Positions 47,971 through 58,100 of a stretch of DNA of 64,000 bases are shown here, one piece after another. Origin of the DNA: Fimbriimonadales bacterium (GTDB taxonomy: Bacteria > Armatimonadota > Fimbriimonadia > Fimbriimonadales > JABRVX01); contig BTVI01000004.1 of NCBI GenBank assembly GCA_045862955.1, positions 32,001-96,000 of the forward strand. Reading direction: 5' to 3'. The notes beneath the pieces were generated by a model. The model worked only from the letters and a program-made list of their open reading frames with translations. It did no database searches and was not told the origin of the DNA. Position 1 is the first letter of the stretch; each line of letters opens with the position of its first letter. Made by a program: the position numbers and the translations under genes.

Positions 47971-48657
47971 CTACTCCCTCCGCGGGTCGAAGAGGTCTGT
48001 CTTGCCATCTCCGCTCCAGACCTGCGAGAAGCGGTACCACTTGGCATGTCCATCCACGAAGGTGTAGTTCGTGCCACCGGTATGCCATGTCATCGCTAGC
48101 TCTTTCTCCGGTTCGATGTAGGTGCCGCTGTCGTTCGGCCAGTACCACCAGGCGGGGTGTACGTGGTCGGAGGTTCCGTTCTCCTTCGTCTCCACGATGT
48201 AGATGGTTCCGGCAGGCATGCGGACGGAGCGCAGGGTGCTATGGCCACAGACGGTCGGCAGCTCGTCGCAGAACTGCAGGGGTAGCATCCAGAAGTTCGT
48301 GCCGTACGAGGTCTTGCGTGTCAACAGGAAGCCTTCGAGCGGCTTGAGCCAGTTGGTACTGGGGTCGCTGGGGCAGCGATACAGAAGGCGCTTGGATTTC
48401 ACGTAAGGCTCCAAGCTTGCTACCCACACCCAAGAGGCATTGGCTCCGGTGTGGCTGTCTAGCGGGAACCGATCGTTCCAGTCGTTGGCATACATCCCGA
48501 CGGCTAGGCCCATCTGACGCATGTTGCTAGAGCAGGTAGTCTTGTTGGCCTGCTGACGCACGCGTGTGAAGACCGGAAACAGAATCGCAGCCAGAATGGC
48601 GATGATAGCAATCACCACCAGGAGCTCGATCAGTGTGAATCCCTTCTTGCCCAACAT
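47971..48657 (-). CDS. Prepilin-type N-terminal cleavage / DUF1559 / H-X9-DG domain protein
   Basis: KKGFTLIELLVVIAIIAILAAILFPVF, CSSNMRQ, CPSD, HTGGTNYTFVDGH. Confidence 0.92.
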   Translation of the reverse strand: MLGKKGFTLIELLVVIAIIAILAAILFPVFTRVRQQANKTTCSSNMRQMGLAVGMYANDWNDRFPLDSHTGANASWVWVASLEPYVKSKRLLYRCPSDPSTNWLKPLEGFLLTRKTSYGTNFWMLPLQFCDELPTVCGHSTLRSVRMPAGTIYIVETKENGTSDHVHPAWWYWPNDSGTYIEPEKELAMTWHTGGTNYTFVDGHAKWYRFSQVWSGDGKTDLFDPRRE

Positions 48658-48744
48658 TATGTCTTCCCCCATGCTGGTCGTATCGGCAAGTCCGCAGGAC
48701 GTCTCGGCCCTGCAGGTTGCCAGGTCCGTGCGCAGAGCCGCAGC

Positions 48745-49332
48745 TTACGCCTTGGCCCGACGCCTCGACGCAAGGAAGCCGACACCCGCCACAAGGGCTA
48801 GCCAAGTTGCGGGCTCGGGTACGAACTGAAGCTCGTACGTGATCAGCGAGTCGTTCAGCGGACGTCCGTCATCGAACGCCACGCCATTCACCAGGCCGAA
48901 TCGAAGGTAGCGGAAGCTACTGTCCGGCGCGGTGAAGGTAACATGGGAATGCCCATTATCGGGCGCAGAGAGGGAGAGGAGTCCCGGGGTCCCAAGCCCG
49001 AAGATCGGGTCCACCTCTCCCTCGATCACTCCGAAGAGACCGGGCGACACGTCCGTCTGGAGGAAGCTGACGTGGCGGAGCATCGGTTCCTCGCCCTCGC
49101 GGTGCAAGACGAAGCCCACGTCGGCAATAAAGACGCCGGGCACGACCTCTTCCCACATGACCTGCAGAACATAGGGCGGATCGACGATCTCTTCCGGCTC
49201 GATCAGCACGAGGTAGTCCTGGTCGTCATAGCCGGGAACGAGGTCTTCGTCATGGTGATGCTGTGCCCAGCCGATGCTACCGAGGGCGATAGCGCTGGCG
49301 AGCGTGCTAGCAAGAAGCTTGTTCACGTTCAT
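48745..49332 (-). CDS. His-motif PEP-CTERM surface protein
   Basis: Signal peptide then QHHHDED; GHSHVTF; VPEPATW..TM..RRR. Confidence 0.88.
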   Translation of the reverse strand: MNVNKLLASTLASAIALGSIGWAQHHHDEDLVPGYDDQDYLVLIEPEEIVDPPYVLQVMWEEVVPGVFIADVGFVLHREGEEPMLRHVSFLQTDVSPGLFGVIEGEVDPIFGLGTPGLLSLSAPDNGHSHVTFTAPDSSFRYLRFGLVNGVAFDDGRPLNDSLITYELQFVPEPATWLALVAGVGFLASRRRAKA

Positions 49333-49354
49333 CTCCCTTTTCTTAGTGTTTGCG

Positions 49355-50305
49355 TTAGAGGCCTTGGCCAGAGCGACCGAAGTTCAGCAGCACTGTGTTC
49401 AGGTCGTCCAGAGCAACCGTCCCATCTCCGTTCACATCTCCCGCATCGTTCGATGTGCCGAAGTTAACCAGCACTCGGTTTAGGTCTCCCAGGCCAATGG
49501 AGTCGTCCCCATCCAAGTCTCCGACGTATGGAAAAGCCCAATCCAGATGGGTGTCCTCGATGAGCGTTACACCGTTGAGGCGCACGGAGAGGTGCTTGCT
49601 CAACTTAGCCACCACATCGAAAGTCCCTGACTGCGTAAAGCCCACCATATATGGGTACACGGCAATCCCCGAGCAGACAGGCAGTTCCTGCGATGCCATG
49701 GTGCTGCCACCGGACCGAAGCTCGAGGCGAAGCGTCAACTTCCCGAGGTCTCCGACGTACTGCGGGGCCGGGCTAACGCTACCGCGAATCTTGTTCGGGG
49801 TCCCCGCTACCATGTAGTAGCGGTAGACGTTAGGCATGTCGTTCAGCGGATTCCCGAGGTAGTCCACTGCGTTTACCACCTTGATGTCCCAAACGTAGAC
49901 GGCCGCAACGTCGGGAGCGGTGAACTTCAGGTGGTGGTGAGGCGTGCCTGCGTACGGCAGGTCGAAGAAGTTGTCGCACCCGCCCGCGCAGAAGATGTTG
50001 CCTACACCAGTCTTGCTGCCGATAAGGTTCGGTGAGATGTATGTCCCTAGGACGCGACACTCTTGGAGCATCGGCTGCGACCATCCGTCGGGCGTGAAGA
50101 AGTCGAGGCCTACGTCCGCAAGGTAAAGGCCCGGTGGGTGCGACATCTGTCGAATCGGCTGCACGGCGGGCTGCATCACCTTGGCGGTGCCGGCCTGATA
50201 GCCGAAGAGAGCGTCGAGATCGTGTTGTGCGGGGACGAGCGCTACTAGGAGCATGAATCCCCCGCAAGCCAATAGCTTGCTCGCTTTGCGTTGCAATGAG
50301 TTCAT
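49355..50305 (-). CDS. His-motif secreted protein with C-terminal dockerin-like Ca-binding repeats
   Basis: Signal peptide, QHDLD, PHHHLKF; GDLDGDDSIGLGDL..NFG and GDVNGDGTVALDDL..NFG. Confidence 0.85.
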   Translation of the reverse strand: MNSLQRKASKLLACGGFMLLVALVPAQHDLDALFGYQAGTAKVMQPAVQPIRQMSHPPGLYLADVGLDFFTPDGWSQPMLQECRVLGTYISPNLIGSKTGVGNIFCAGGCDNFFDLPYAGTPHHHLKFTAPDVAAVYVWDIKVVNAVDYLGNPLNDMPNVYRYYMVAGTPNKIRGSVSPAPQYVGDLGKLTLRLELRSGGSTMASQELPVCSGIAVYPYMVGFTQSGTFDVVAKLSKHLSVRLNGVTLIEDTHLDWAFPYVGDLDGDDSIGLGDLNRVLVNFGTSNDAGDVNGDGTVALDDLNTVLLNFGRSGQGL

Positions 50306-50431
50306 TGGTTTCCTCCCATTTGTCCAAGCAGGAAGTCGCGAAGTCGCTCTCTCTTAGCGATGCTGCTAGAGCATGCATCGGGTGCAGACACTCACGGATC
50401 GCGTGAGCCTAGCGACGGAGAGTTAGTTGGA

Positions 50432-50842
50432 CTAGAGGACGGGCGGGCCGCGAGTGAGGTGGGTAGTTGCGCGCGTCGAGGTGACGCGAGCAGTCGTCAG
50501 CGCCGCAACGGAGGGCGGGGCGTCAGTTAGTTGAAGGGTGACTGGCTCTATCCCCAAGCCCGACGCCGAAACGAGAGCTTTGCAGTGGTCGCACTGCGCG
50601 GCATCGTGGCAGGGAGCCGAATCGGACGCGGTATCGGACAGGACGGTCTGAGCAAGGTCCCCCGCTACCAGGCAGTCCCCAGGAACAGAGAACCCGGCTA
50701 TGAGGTGGAAGACGTGCGACCAGGCGCCAAGCAGCAGAATCGCGGCCAGAACCAAGGTCCCGACCCGCCGCTTTCCGTATGTGAGCAGTGGCTTCAGGCC
50801 ATCCATCTTGGCGTTCGGCTGGCGTCCTTCCGACGACCGCAT
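50432..50842 (-). CDS. DUF2946-like upstream regulatory protein (CxxC + C-terminal RGPP)
   Basis: Hydrophobic N-region, HVFH, CH..CDHC, ends TRGPPVL*. Confidence 0.75.
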   Translation of the reverse strand: MRSSEGRQPNAKMDGLKPLLTYGKRRVGTLVLAAILLLGAWSHVFHLIAGFSVPGDCLVAGDLAQTVLSDTASDSAPCHDAAQCDHCKALVSASGLGIEPVTLQLTDAPPSVAALTTARVTSTRATTHLTRGPPVL

Positions 50843-50848
50843 GACATC

Positions 50849-50877
50849 AGTCTATCATACAGCAGTACCAATGTCAA
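50849..50877 (-). promoter_or_regulatory. sigma70-type promoter of the DUF2946 operon
   Basis: TTGACA-N17-TAGACT with extended TG; ATG 6 nt downstream. Confidence 0.7.
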
Positions 50878-50925
50878 CGTTTTCGGGGATTGTGCCCTTA
50901 GCGCCGTGAACGCTTGGCCGCTAGC

Positions 50926-51135
50926 CTAGGCCGTCGCCGGACTCGGCTGCGCATCGTCCCGCAGCATCTGCTCCAGCTCGTCCGCCTTAGACGTGCAGAA
51001 GTCCAGCATGCGGTCGAGCCGCTTCCCAGGATCCAGCTTGCGTCGGCTGCGAACGATGAAGAACGTTGCGGTGCTTATCCCGACGAGCGCCGCGATGAGG
51101 AAGACGATGTTCGATCGGTTGTTCTCGGATGCCAT
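50926..51135 (-). CDS. Small single-TM hypothetical protein
   Basis: ATG 51135 after GGTGGAG; N-terminal TM. Confidence 0.6.
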   Translation of the reverse strand: MASENNRSNIVFLIAALVGISTATFFIVRSRRKLDPGKRLDRMLDFCTSKADELEQMLRDDAQPSPATA

Positions 51136-51161
51136 CAACTCCACCGAATGTCTGAGCGGCT

Positions 51162-51566
51162 CTAGTCGAGGTCGTACCTCTTGGGTCCCCCGCTAGCGTC
51201 GCCGCCGATGATGCGTTTCACGAACGTGACCAGTTCCATCGGGTTGAACGGCTTCGTCAGGTACATGTCCGCACCGTAGTGGTAGCCCTCGAACACGTCC
51301 TTGTCCTGCGCCTTCGCCGTGAGCATGATCACCGGGAGCTCCTGGAACTCAGGCTCGCGACGCAAGGTCTTCAGGACCTCGAAACCGTCCATATACGGCA
51401 TCATGACGTCCAGCACGACGAGGTCCGGATGGACCGACTTGATCTTCTCCAGACCTTCCTTGCCGTCGTATGCGGTGACGACCTCCCACCCTTGGCGCTC
51501 CAGATTCACCTGGATGAGACGCACAATGTGCCGCTCATCGTCACAAACCAGAATCTTTAGCGCCAT
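51162..51566 (-). CDS. Single-domain response regulator
   Basis: LVCDDE, LDVMMP, MLTA, KPF. Confidence 0.93.
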   Translation of the reverse strand: MALKILVCDDERHIVRLIQVNLERQGWEVVTAYDGKEGLEKIKSVHPDLVVLDVMMPYMDGFEVLKTLRREPEFQELPVIMLTAKAQDKDVFEGYHYGADMYLTKPFNPMELVTFVKRIIGGDASGGPKRYDLD

Positions 51567-51718
51567 ACGGACGACCTCCGAGGGGGATACACGATGCCCG
51601 AATCCTACCCGTAGGGCTCAGACGCTGTCAACGAAGCCCAGGTTCCCGCGAACCGGCTCAGGTCACGCGCCGAACCGCCCGTAGTATTGTCGGGTCTATC
51701 GGGCCCCTCATGAAGGCA

Positions 51719-52801
51719 TCACCAGCACTCGGCGAGCGAGGCCGCGAGCTTGGAGACGGCTTCGGCAGCGTCATGCGCCTGCCTAGTTTCCAGTGGATCG
51801 GCGGCGAGCAAGTCCCGGAGAGGTTCCCAACCAGAACCGAGCAGGCCGCAAACTGCGTAGGACCGCACGCCCGCTCGATTGGCTCGGCCCAACACCTCGC
51901 CGACGATCTTGCCTTGCAGCGTTTGTCCGTCTAGCTTCCCTTCTCCCGTGACGAGCACGTCACACTCGGCGAGCCTCTCGTCGAACCGGAGCCGGTCCAG
52001 CACGAGACGCGACCCCGCCACTAGCTTGGCACCGGCGAATGCAGCCAGCCCGAACGCCAGACCGCCGGCAGCACCGGCCTTCGGCGTATCCGGCGGGAAG
52101 GTGGTCAGCGAAGCCAGACGTGACAGCCCAGCTTCCAGTGCCGCACGTTGCACCTGGGTGCGCACACCTTTCTGTGGCCCGTACACGGCAGTGCAGCCGT
52201 TGGGGCCGAGCAGAGGGTTCTCCACGTCACAGGCACAGAAGATTTCCGGCCAGTCCGCACGCTGCGGCGGCAGTACCCGAGCAAGCCGCTGCAAAGGACC
52301 GCCGCCGGGTTCGAGCTCGGCACCCGAGTCGTTGAGAAGCCGGAATCCGAGCCCCTGTAGGGCCCCTGCTCCGCCGTCGTTGGTTGCCGAACCCCCGAGG
52401 CCGACCAGCGCCCTCGCGGCACCGGCTGCCCTGGCTTGGTGCAGCAGCTCTCCGACGCCACGAGAGGTGGCCCGCATGGGGTCCAGCGCGTCCGGGGTCA
52501 GCAGCGTGATCCCGCAGCAAAGGGCACTCTCGATGATGGCGGTGCCGTCGCCGTGAAGGGCGAAGGGGGCGGGGATCTGTTCACCGAGAGGCCCGGTCAC
52601 ATCCCGCCAGTGCACAGTAGCCCCCGGCGATAGGCACTCGAGGAACCCGTCGCCCCCATCGGCAACCGGCAGAACCGTGATCTCGACCTCGGGCCGAGCG
52701 AGGTGGATGCCAGAAGCCATGGCCTCGGCCGCCTGACGAGCGGAGAGAGTGCCCTTAAACGCGGTGGGGGCTACGAGGATTCGCAAGGCCTGCGGAGGCA
52801 A
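51719..52801 (-). CDS. glxK: Glycerate kinase (GlxK family)
   Basis: AFKGTL, ADGGDG, GGSATNDGG, YGPQKG, GAAGG, TGEG. Confidence 0.93.
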   Translation of the reverse strand: MPPQALRILVAPTAFKGTLSARQAAEAMASGIHLARPEVEITVLPVADGGDGFLECLSPGATVHWRDVTGPLGEQIPAPFALHGDGTAIIESALCCGITLLTPDALDPMRATSRGVGELLHQARAAGAARALVGLGGSATNDGGAGALQGLGFRLLNDSGAELEPGGGPLQRLARVLPPQRADWPEIFCACDVENPLLGPNGCTAVYGPQKGVRTQVQRAALEAGLSRLASLTTFPPDTPKAGAAGGLAFGLAAFAGAKLVAGSRLVLDRLRFDERLAECDVLVTGEGKLDGQTLQGKIVGEVLGRANRAGVRSYAVCGLLGSGWEPLRDLLAADPLETRQAHDAAEAVSKLAASLAECW

Positions 52802-52811
52802 CGTGCAGGGC

Positions 52812-53330
52812 CTAGGCGTCGTCTTCTAAGTCGGACCGGTCGGTCATCTCCAGCACCGACTCGGCCATGTACATCGCCGCGTTGTATCGAACGGCCACGG
52901 CTATGGCGTCGCTCGGACGCGAATCGATCTCTACGATCTCGTCTCCCTTGCGCAGGTAGATCTTCGCGTAGAAAACCTCCTGCCACAGGTCGTCTATGAC
53001 GATCTTGTCCACGGTGTAGCCGAGCCGGTCGATGATGTTTCGGATGAGATCGTGCGTGAAGGGTCGGTCCGGGTAGTCGTTCTCCTTGGCCATCTGGATG
53101 GAGAGCCACTCGAAGGCGCCGATGATCATGCGGACGGTGCGACCCCTGTCGTCTGAGAGCACGATCACCCGCTGGGGCGTCTGAGCGGGGTTCTCGAAAT
53201 CGTAGAAACCCTCGATCTCCACGCGAACTTCCCTATCGCTCTCCCTTCCCAGGCGTTCGTGCCCCGTGGGGAAGAACGGCGGGGGCTTGCTCATATCGTC
53301 TTCGTGCATCGGATCGATGTCGTCTGGCAT
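52812..53330 (-). CDS. Bifunctional nuclease (DUF151) family protein
   Basis: IGAFE, RPFTHDL, DSRPSDAIAVA. Confidence 0.9.
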   Translation of the reverse strand: MPDDIDPMHEDDMSKPPPFFPTGHERLGRESDREVRVEIEGFYDFENPAQTPQRVIVLSDDRGRTVRMIIGAFEWLSIQMAKENDYPDRPFTHDLIRNIIDRLGYTVDKIVIDDLWQEVFYAKIYLRKGDEIVEIDSRPSDAIAVAVRYNAAMYMAESVLEMTDRSDLEDDA

Positions 53331-53347
53331 GGTGTGGACTACCGGGC

Positions 53348-54700
53348 CTATTGCAGCTTGCTCGTCTTTTCTACCACATCGGCGAGGAATTCGTCGTTGG
53401 ACTTGGTCCGCGCCAACAACTTGATGAACATCTGGGTCGCCTCGATGGAGTCCTGCTGATTGGCCAAGAGCTTCCGCAGCTGCCACACGCTCTTCAGCTT
53501 TTCGGGCTTGATTAGCAGCTCCTCGTGGCGGGTGGAAGACCGCCGCACGTCGATGGCCGGCCAGATTCGGCGCTCCGCGAGCTCGCGGTCCAGCACCAAC
53601 TCCATGTTGCCCGTTCCCTTGAACTCCTCGAAGATGGCATCGTCCATGCGGCTGCCCGTGTCCACCAAGACCGTGGCGATGACCGTCATGCTGCCGCCCT
53701 CTTCGATGTTGCGTGCCGCACCGAAGAATCGGCGGGGTCGGTACAGTGCGCTGGGGTCGAGGCCGCCCGACAGCGTTCGCCCACTCGCCGTGATCGTCAG
53801 GTTGCTCGCCCGGCTCAGACGGGTGAGGCTGTCCAGTAAGACCACGACATCCCGGCCGGCCTCCACGAGTCGCTTCGCTTGCTCCAGGGTGAGGTCGGCC
53901 ACGCGCATGTGGTTCTCAGCCGGCTCGTCGAAGGTGGACGAGATGACCTGACCGCGAACCGAACGTCGCATGTCGGTGACCTCTTCCGGACGCTCGTCTA
54001 CCAGCAACACCATCAGATACACCTCGGGGTTATTGATGGCGATACTGTTGGCGATGGCCTTCAGAAGCATGGTCTTGCCCGCCTTCGGTGGAGCGACGAT
54101 GAGGCCGCGCTGGCCCTTGCCGATGGGCGAGATCAGGTCGATGATTCGCGCAGACATCTGGTCGGGCCCGATCTCCATCACCATCTGCTCGTTCGGGTAG
54201 ACCGGCGTCAAGTCTTCGAAGTCGCGTCGCGAGCGCTGCGACTCGACGTCCAGGCCGTTGACAGACTCCACCCTTAGCAAGCCGAAATACTTCTCGCCAT
54301 CCTTTGGCGGCCGAACCTGCCCGAACACGGTGTCGCCCGTGCGCAACCCGAATCGCTTGATCTGGGACTGCGACACGTAGACGTCGTTCGGCGAGTTGGC
54401 AAAGTTGCTGCGGCGCAAGAAGCCGAAGCCATCTGGGAGAAGCTCAAGGATGCCCTCGGCGTAGGCAGTGCCGTGCTCGCGGTTTAGCTCGATGAGCAGC
54501 TTGTGAATGAGGTCCGCACGGCCGCGGAAGTCGAGGTCCAGCTCCAGCGACCGAGCCTGCTCCAGCAGCTCTTCGTCGCTCTTCTCGCTTAGGGTTCGGA
54601 AGTTGATGCTGGGCGCATTCTCTAGGTCAGAGGACATCTGCAGATGCGGGTCCTGCATTCGCGGTCGCCGACCGCCCGATCCATCACGTCGTCGATTCAT
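53348..54700 (-). CDS. rho: Transcription termination factor Rho
   Basis: DGFGFLR, GKGQRGLIVAPPKAGKT, DERPEEVT, FEEFKGTGNME. Confidence 0.97.
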   Translation of the reverse strand: MNRRRDGSGGRRPRMQDPHLQMSSDLENAPSINFRTLSEKSDEELLEQARSLELDLDFRGRADLIHKLLIELNREHGTAYAEGILELLPDGFGFLRRSNFANSPNDVYVSQSQIKRFGLRTGDTVFGQVRPPKDGEKYFGLLRVESVNGLDVESQRSRRDFEDLTPVYPNEQMVMEIGPDQMSARIIDLISPIGKGQRGLIVAPPKAGKTMLLKAIANSIAINNPEVYLMVLLVDERPEEVTDMRRSVRGQVISSTFDEPAENHMRVADLTLEQAKRLVEAGRDVVVLLDSLTRLSRASNLTITASGRTLSGGLDPSALYRPRRFFGAARNIEEGGSMTVIATVLVDTGSRMDDAIFEEFKGTGNMELVLDRELAERRIWPAIDVRRSSTRHEELLIKPEKLKSVWQLRKLLANQQDSIEATQMFIKLLARTKSNDEFLADVVEKTSKLQ

Positions 54701-54851
54701 GTTGGGGATAGTTTTTACTCCTGACGTGCCGCCTAGGCGGCATCGAAATAGAGACTGGGCTGTGCCCGCCAAAGCCACCGAAACCCGATCGAGCGGGTGG
54801 GCAAGAACGAATCTGGAGAGCGACAGCCGAAGGAGATTTGCTTCCTTGGCT

Positions 54852-54880
54852 ACTATAGCACAATATTCGGCCGTTGTCTA
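54852..54880 (-). promoter_or_regulatory. rho promoter
   Basis: TAGACA-N17-TATAGT with extended TG. Confidence 0.55.
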
Positions 54881-55053
54881 CACCCCACTGCAGGTTCGCG
54901 CGGCCCTGGCTACTCCCTAAGAAATTTGGTGTCGTCCAGGATCGGCGGGCTCTCTACGAGTAGCACTGACAGCCCAGTACCTTGGCGAGGCTCGCAGGGA
55001 TTTACGTTGCCCAGACGCCGCGACATTCGTTGCGCGATTCTTTAGCGAGTATC

Positions 55054-55082
55054 TCGACAACGCGGATTACCTGTGATACAAT
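55054..55082 (+). promoter_or_regulatory. Rhs gene promoter
   Basis: TCGACA-N17-TACAAT with extended TG. Confidence 0.6.
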
Positions 55083-55143
55083 GCTCGAGAGGGCCCCCGG
55101 TAAAGGTGCTGGAGCCCGTGCCGGGAGCACCAGGAGGTACGGC

Positions 55144-58100
55144 ATGCGATCCACATTGAGCTCCGTCGTCCACACCGCTCAAGCCCTGCGCTGGGTGGGA
55201 TCCCTGTTCACCCTCGGGCTCTGTATCCTTGCCGCTCGAGCCGGCGAGTGGAAGATTTCAAGAACGGTCGAGATCACCGTCGCTGGCGGAGTTACGGAGA
55301 CAATCACCAACTGCCCCGAACCCAACGAGCCCAGCTATGAGATAGGGGGATCAGAAACCGGCACATTTCCGCAACCTGACCCAGAAGGGCTCAAGTACTT
55401 CGACCAGAGAGACTGGATGGCCGGCTGGCTAGCTGGCGTCTCAGACCCGGCGCTCGAGGGCACAGCGCGCATAACCTATACGGTGACCTACGAACCGGAC
55501 TCCGAGGAGGACGAGCCGCCCTCCCGCATAGTCCTGATCCTTGGCGGCTGGCTCTCCTTGGATGGCATCGGACCGGTAGTCGTCGGCGACTGCTGCCCAG
55601 GGGAAGGCCCAGAGGTAGGCGGCGTACATGCAGAGGCGCTGGCCCGGGTCTTGGGTGAAGCTCGTGATGGACAGGGCTCCGTATCCGCCGGCTGTGACAC
55701 GTCGGAGGAGTTCAGCCACGCACGGCTGCGTGTCCTGGTGCGGGTGGTCTCCATGGTAAAGGACCAGCAGTCGGGCAACTGGAGCGGTAGCACCGAAGTC
55801 GAGGCGGAGATCGGGATAAAAGAGGAGCTTGTCGGCGAAGGAGCCGTGCGAGCATCCGGCTTCTGGTGGTCAACCGCCGAAGTGCACATCTATCCCGCCG
55901 AGCCGGGCTTCCTGTTTCCAGCGTTCTCACTCCCTTCGGGCCCCGGCGGCGGTTGCGAGTGCGGTATCCTCACCATCGAACCGCTCAGCGGGACGGTTAC
56001 CGCCGGCGGCGAGTTCGTCGTCTTCTCGGGGACGATCCCCCTTCGTTCGCAGCGCCAGGACGACGACCGGGAAGCCGGTGACCCTGGCACAATGTACTCT
56101 CTGTTCCCTCCGCCATTCGGGAACATGTCGCACTGGCTATCCATGCGGGTGGAGCCAGGCCGGGCCCTGCTCGACTACTGGACACCGAACACCTTCACCA
56201 ACGATGTAGACCCCGCGGGCCGACTGGGCTTCGCCATCGTGCCCGCACGCACCTCAGAGGCAGGCGTGGGGTCTCCAAGTGCCTCCGCAAGGGCCGGCGT
56301 CCTTGCAAGCACAACGCAGGGCCTAACAAGCCTGACCGACCCCGACATTGGCGACTTCGCAGTTGATGCCACGGGAGCACGCATCCGATTCGGTTCCTAC
56401 AACGGCGCAGAGCGGGTGGAGTCGAACCTCAGCTTCGTGACGGGAGGCTCGACCATCACGAATGCCGGCCCGCCCGGCAGAATCGCTTCTAGAGGCGGGT
56501 GGACCTACACGTTCGGCCTATACACGGATCTCACGGACAACGTCCCGATTCACCTCCTGACGGGCATTACCGACCCGTTCGGCAACGTGGTCTCGATCAA
56601 CCACGAACAGCGGACCGCCACCTTCAGTTGGAGCGGGGAGACTTGGACCTGGGACCTGTACACGAACGAGCCAGGCGGGCCGTCAGGGTACCTACGGATG
56701 CTCGAAAGGCCAGGTGAGCGGTTTACGTTCACGTGGACCGCAGACGGTCGGATGGCCGGCTACGGACGCTACGTTTTCGACCCAGGGCTTCAGGATTGGC
56801 AGCTGGTCGAGCACTATAGCTTCGGCTGGAACTCCGCGCCGGGTGGGCTGTTACGCGCCGAGCATCAGGTTACGGGCGACTGCCAGGCTGGTTGCAACAC
56901 GACGCAGATCGTGGGCCAGGAGTGGCACTCTGCCACACCTTTCGCCAGCCAGAACGAGCCCCACCTGGTTGCCTTCACCGACCGTTTCGGTCACCCCAAG
57001 ATGCAGGCAACGGCGGTGGGATTCGAAGGTGCAACGGTCGCAACGAATCTGACAAGGTACCAGTCCGGGCGCGACTACATGGTGACAGCGACCGACCAGA
57101 CCGGAAAGACATCCACCACCCGTCTCAGAACAGAAACCGATGTCACGGGCATCCCCCGGGTCAGCGAGATACACTCAGAAGGAGCAGTGCTCGTCGGCGC
57201 CGGTACACCTTCTCGTACCGTCGTCACTCTGGACCAGTACGATCGCGCGATAGCGGTGGAATGGGATACGGAAGCTGGCCCGCTCGCCAACGGCTACGAA
57301 CTCACCTACGACGGCTACTCGCAGCGCATCGCGTCGGTTCGCAACCGCGACACACACGACACCTGGACCGTCAGTTGGGCCACCGCGGGTGGTGAGCCTG
57401 TTGTCGGCGCAGTCACCGACCCGACGAGCATCTCGTGGCAGTTCTCCTACGGCCAACGCGGGAATCCCGCCGCCGCGCTCACGACGATGACCTCCCCTTG
57501 GGGCGCACACTGGCTGTTCGACTACAACGGCATCGGACAGCTGAAGCAGACGGCAGCGCCCGGTCGAGCGAGCGACGTTATACAGTACTATGGAGAGGAG
57601 CAACAGGACCCACAGGAGTACCTCTCGCTTCCCAAGAGGTACACCGACCCGACGGGCCGCAGCGTGTATTTCGAGGCGTACGACCTAAGAAAGAACCTCA
57701 CCAAATACTCCTTCGAGGACGACGCCCTCAACAAGATCGGCACGCTCTTCGAATACGACGCATTCGGCAACCTGAGCACGATCACCCACACTGATCAGTC
57801 CCAAGCGTCGTTCACCTACGGCGGTGGGCTGCTCACGAAGGTGACGGACGAGGTAGATCGTAAGGTGTACTTCGACCGCTATCCCGGTGGGGATAACCCT
57901 GGCAAACTCCGCTCCGTCGCCTTCGACCAGAGCCACGACGACTTGTTCGCCTACCTGGCTTACGATGCCGCCGGCAGGCTCACACACGTCTGGGATGGGC
58001 TCCACGCGACCAATCCCTACGAAGACCCCCCGCCAGCCCAAGAGGTGGCCATACTCTCCTATGACTACGGCCAGGCCGGAGAGCTCGTATCCATCACCCA

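Noticed and set aside
47424..48067. ORFs with MLRQAQHD / MLSLSKH peptides (also 28540-28833)
   Set aside because: These are translations of the REP repeat, not genes.
54982..55143. N-terminal extension of the Rhs ORF
   Set aside because: It overlaps the predicted promoter; ATG 55144 has an AGGAGG SD and gives a signal peptide.
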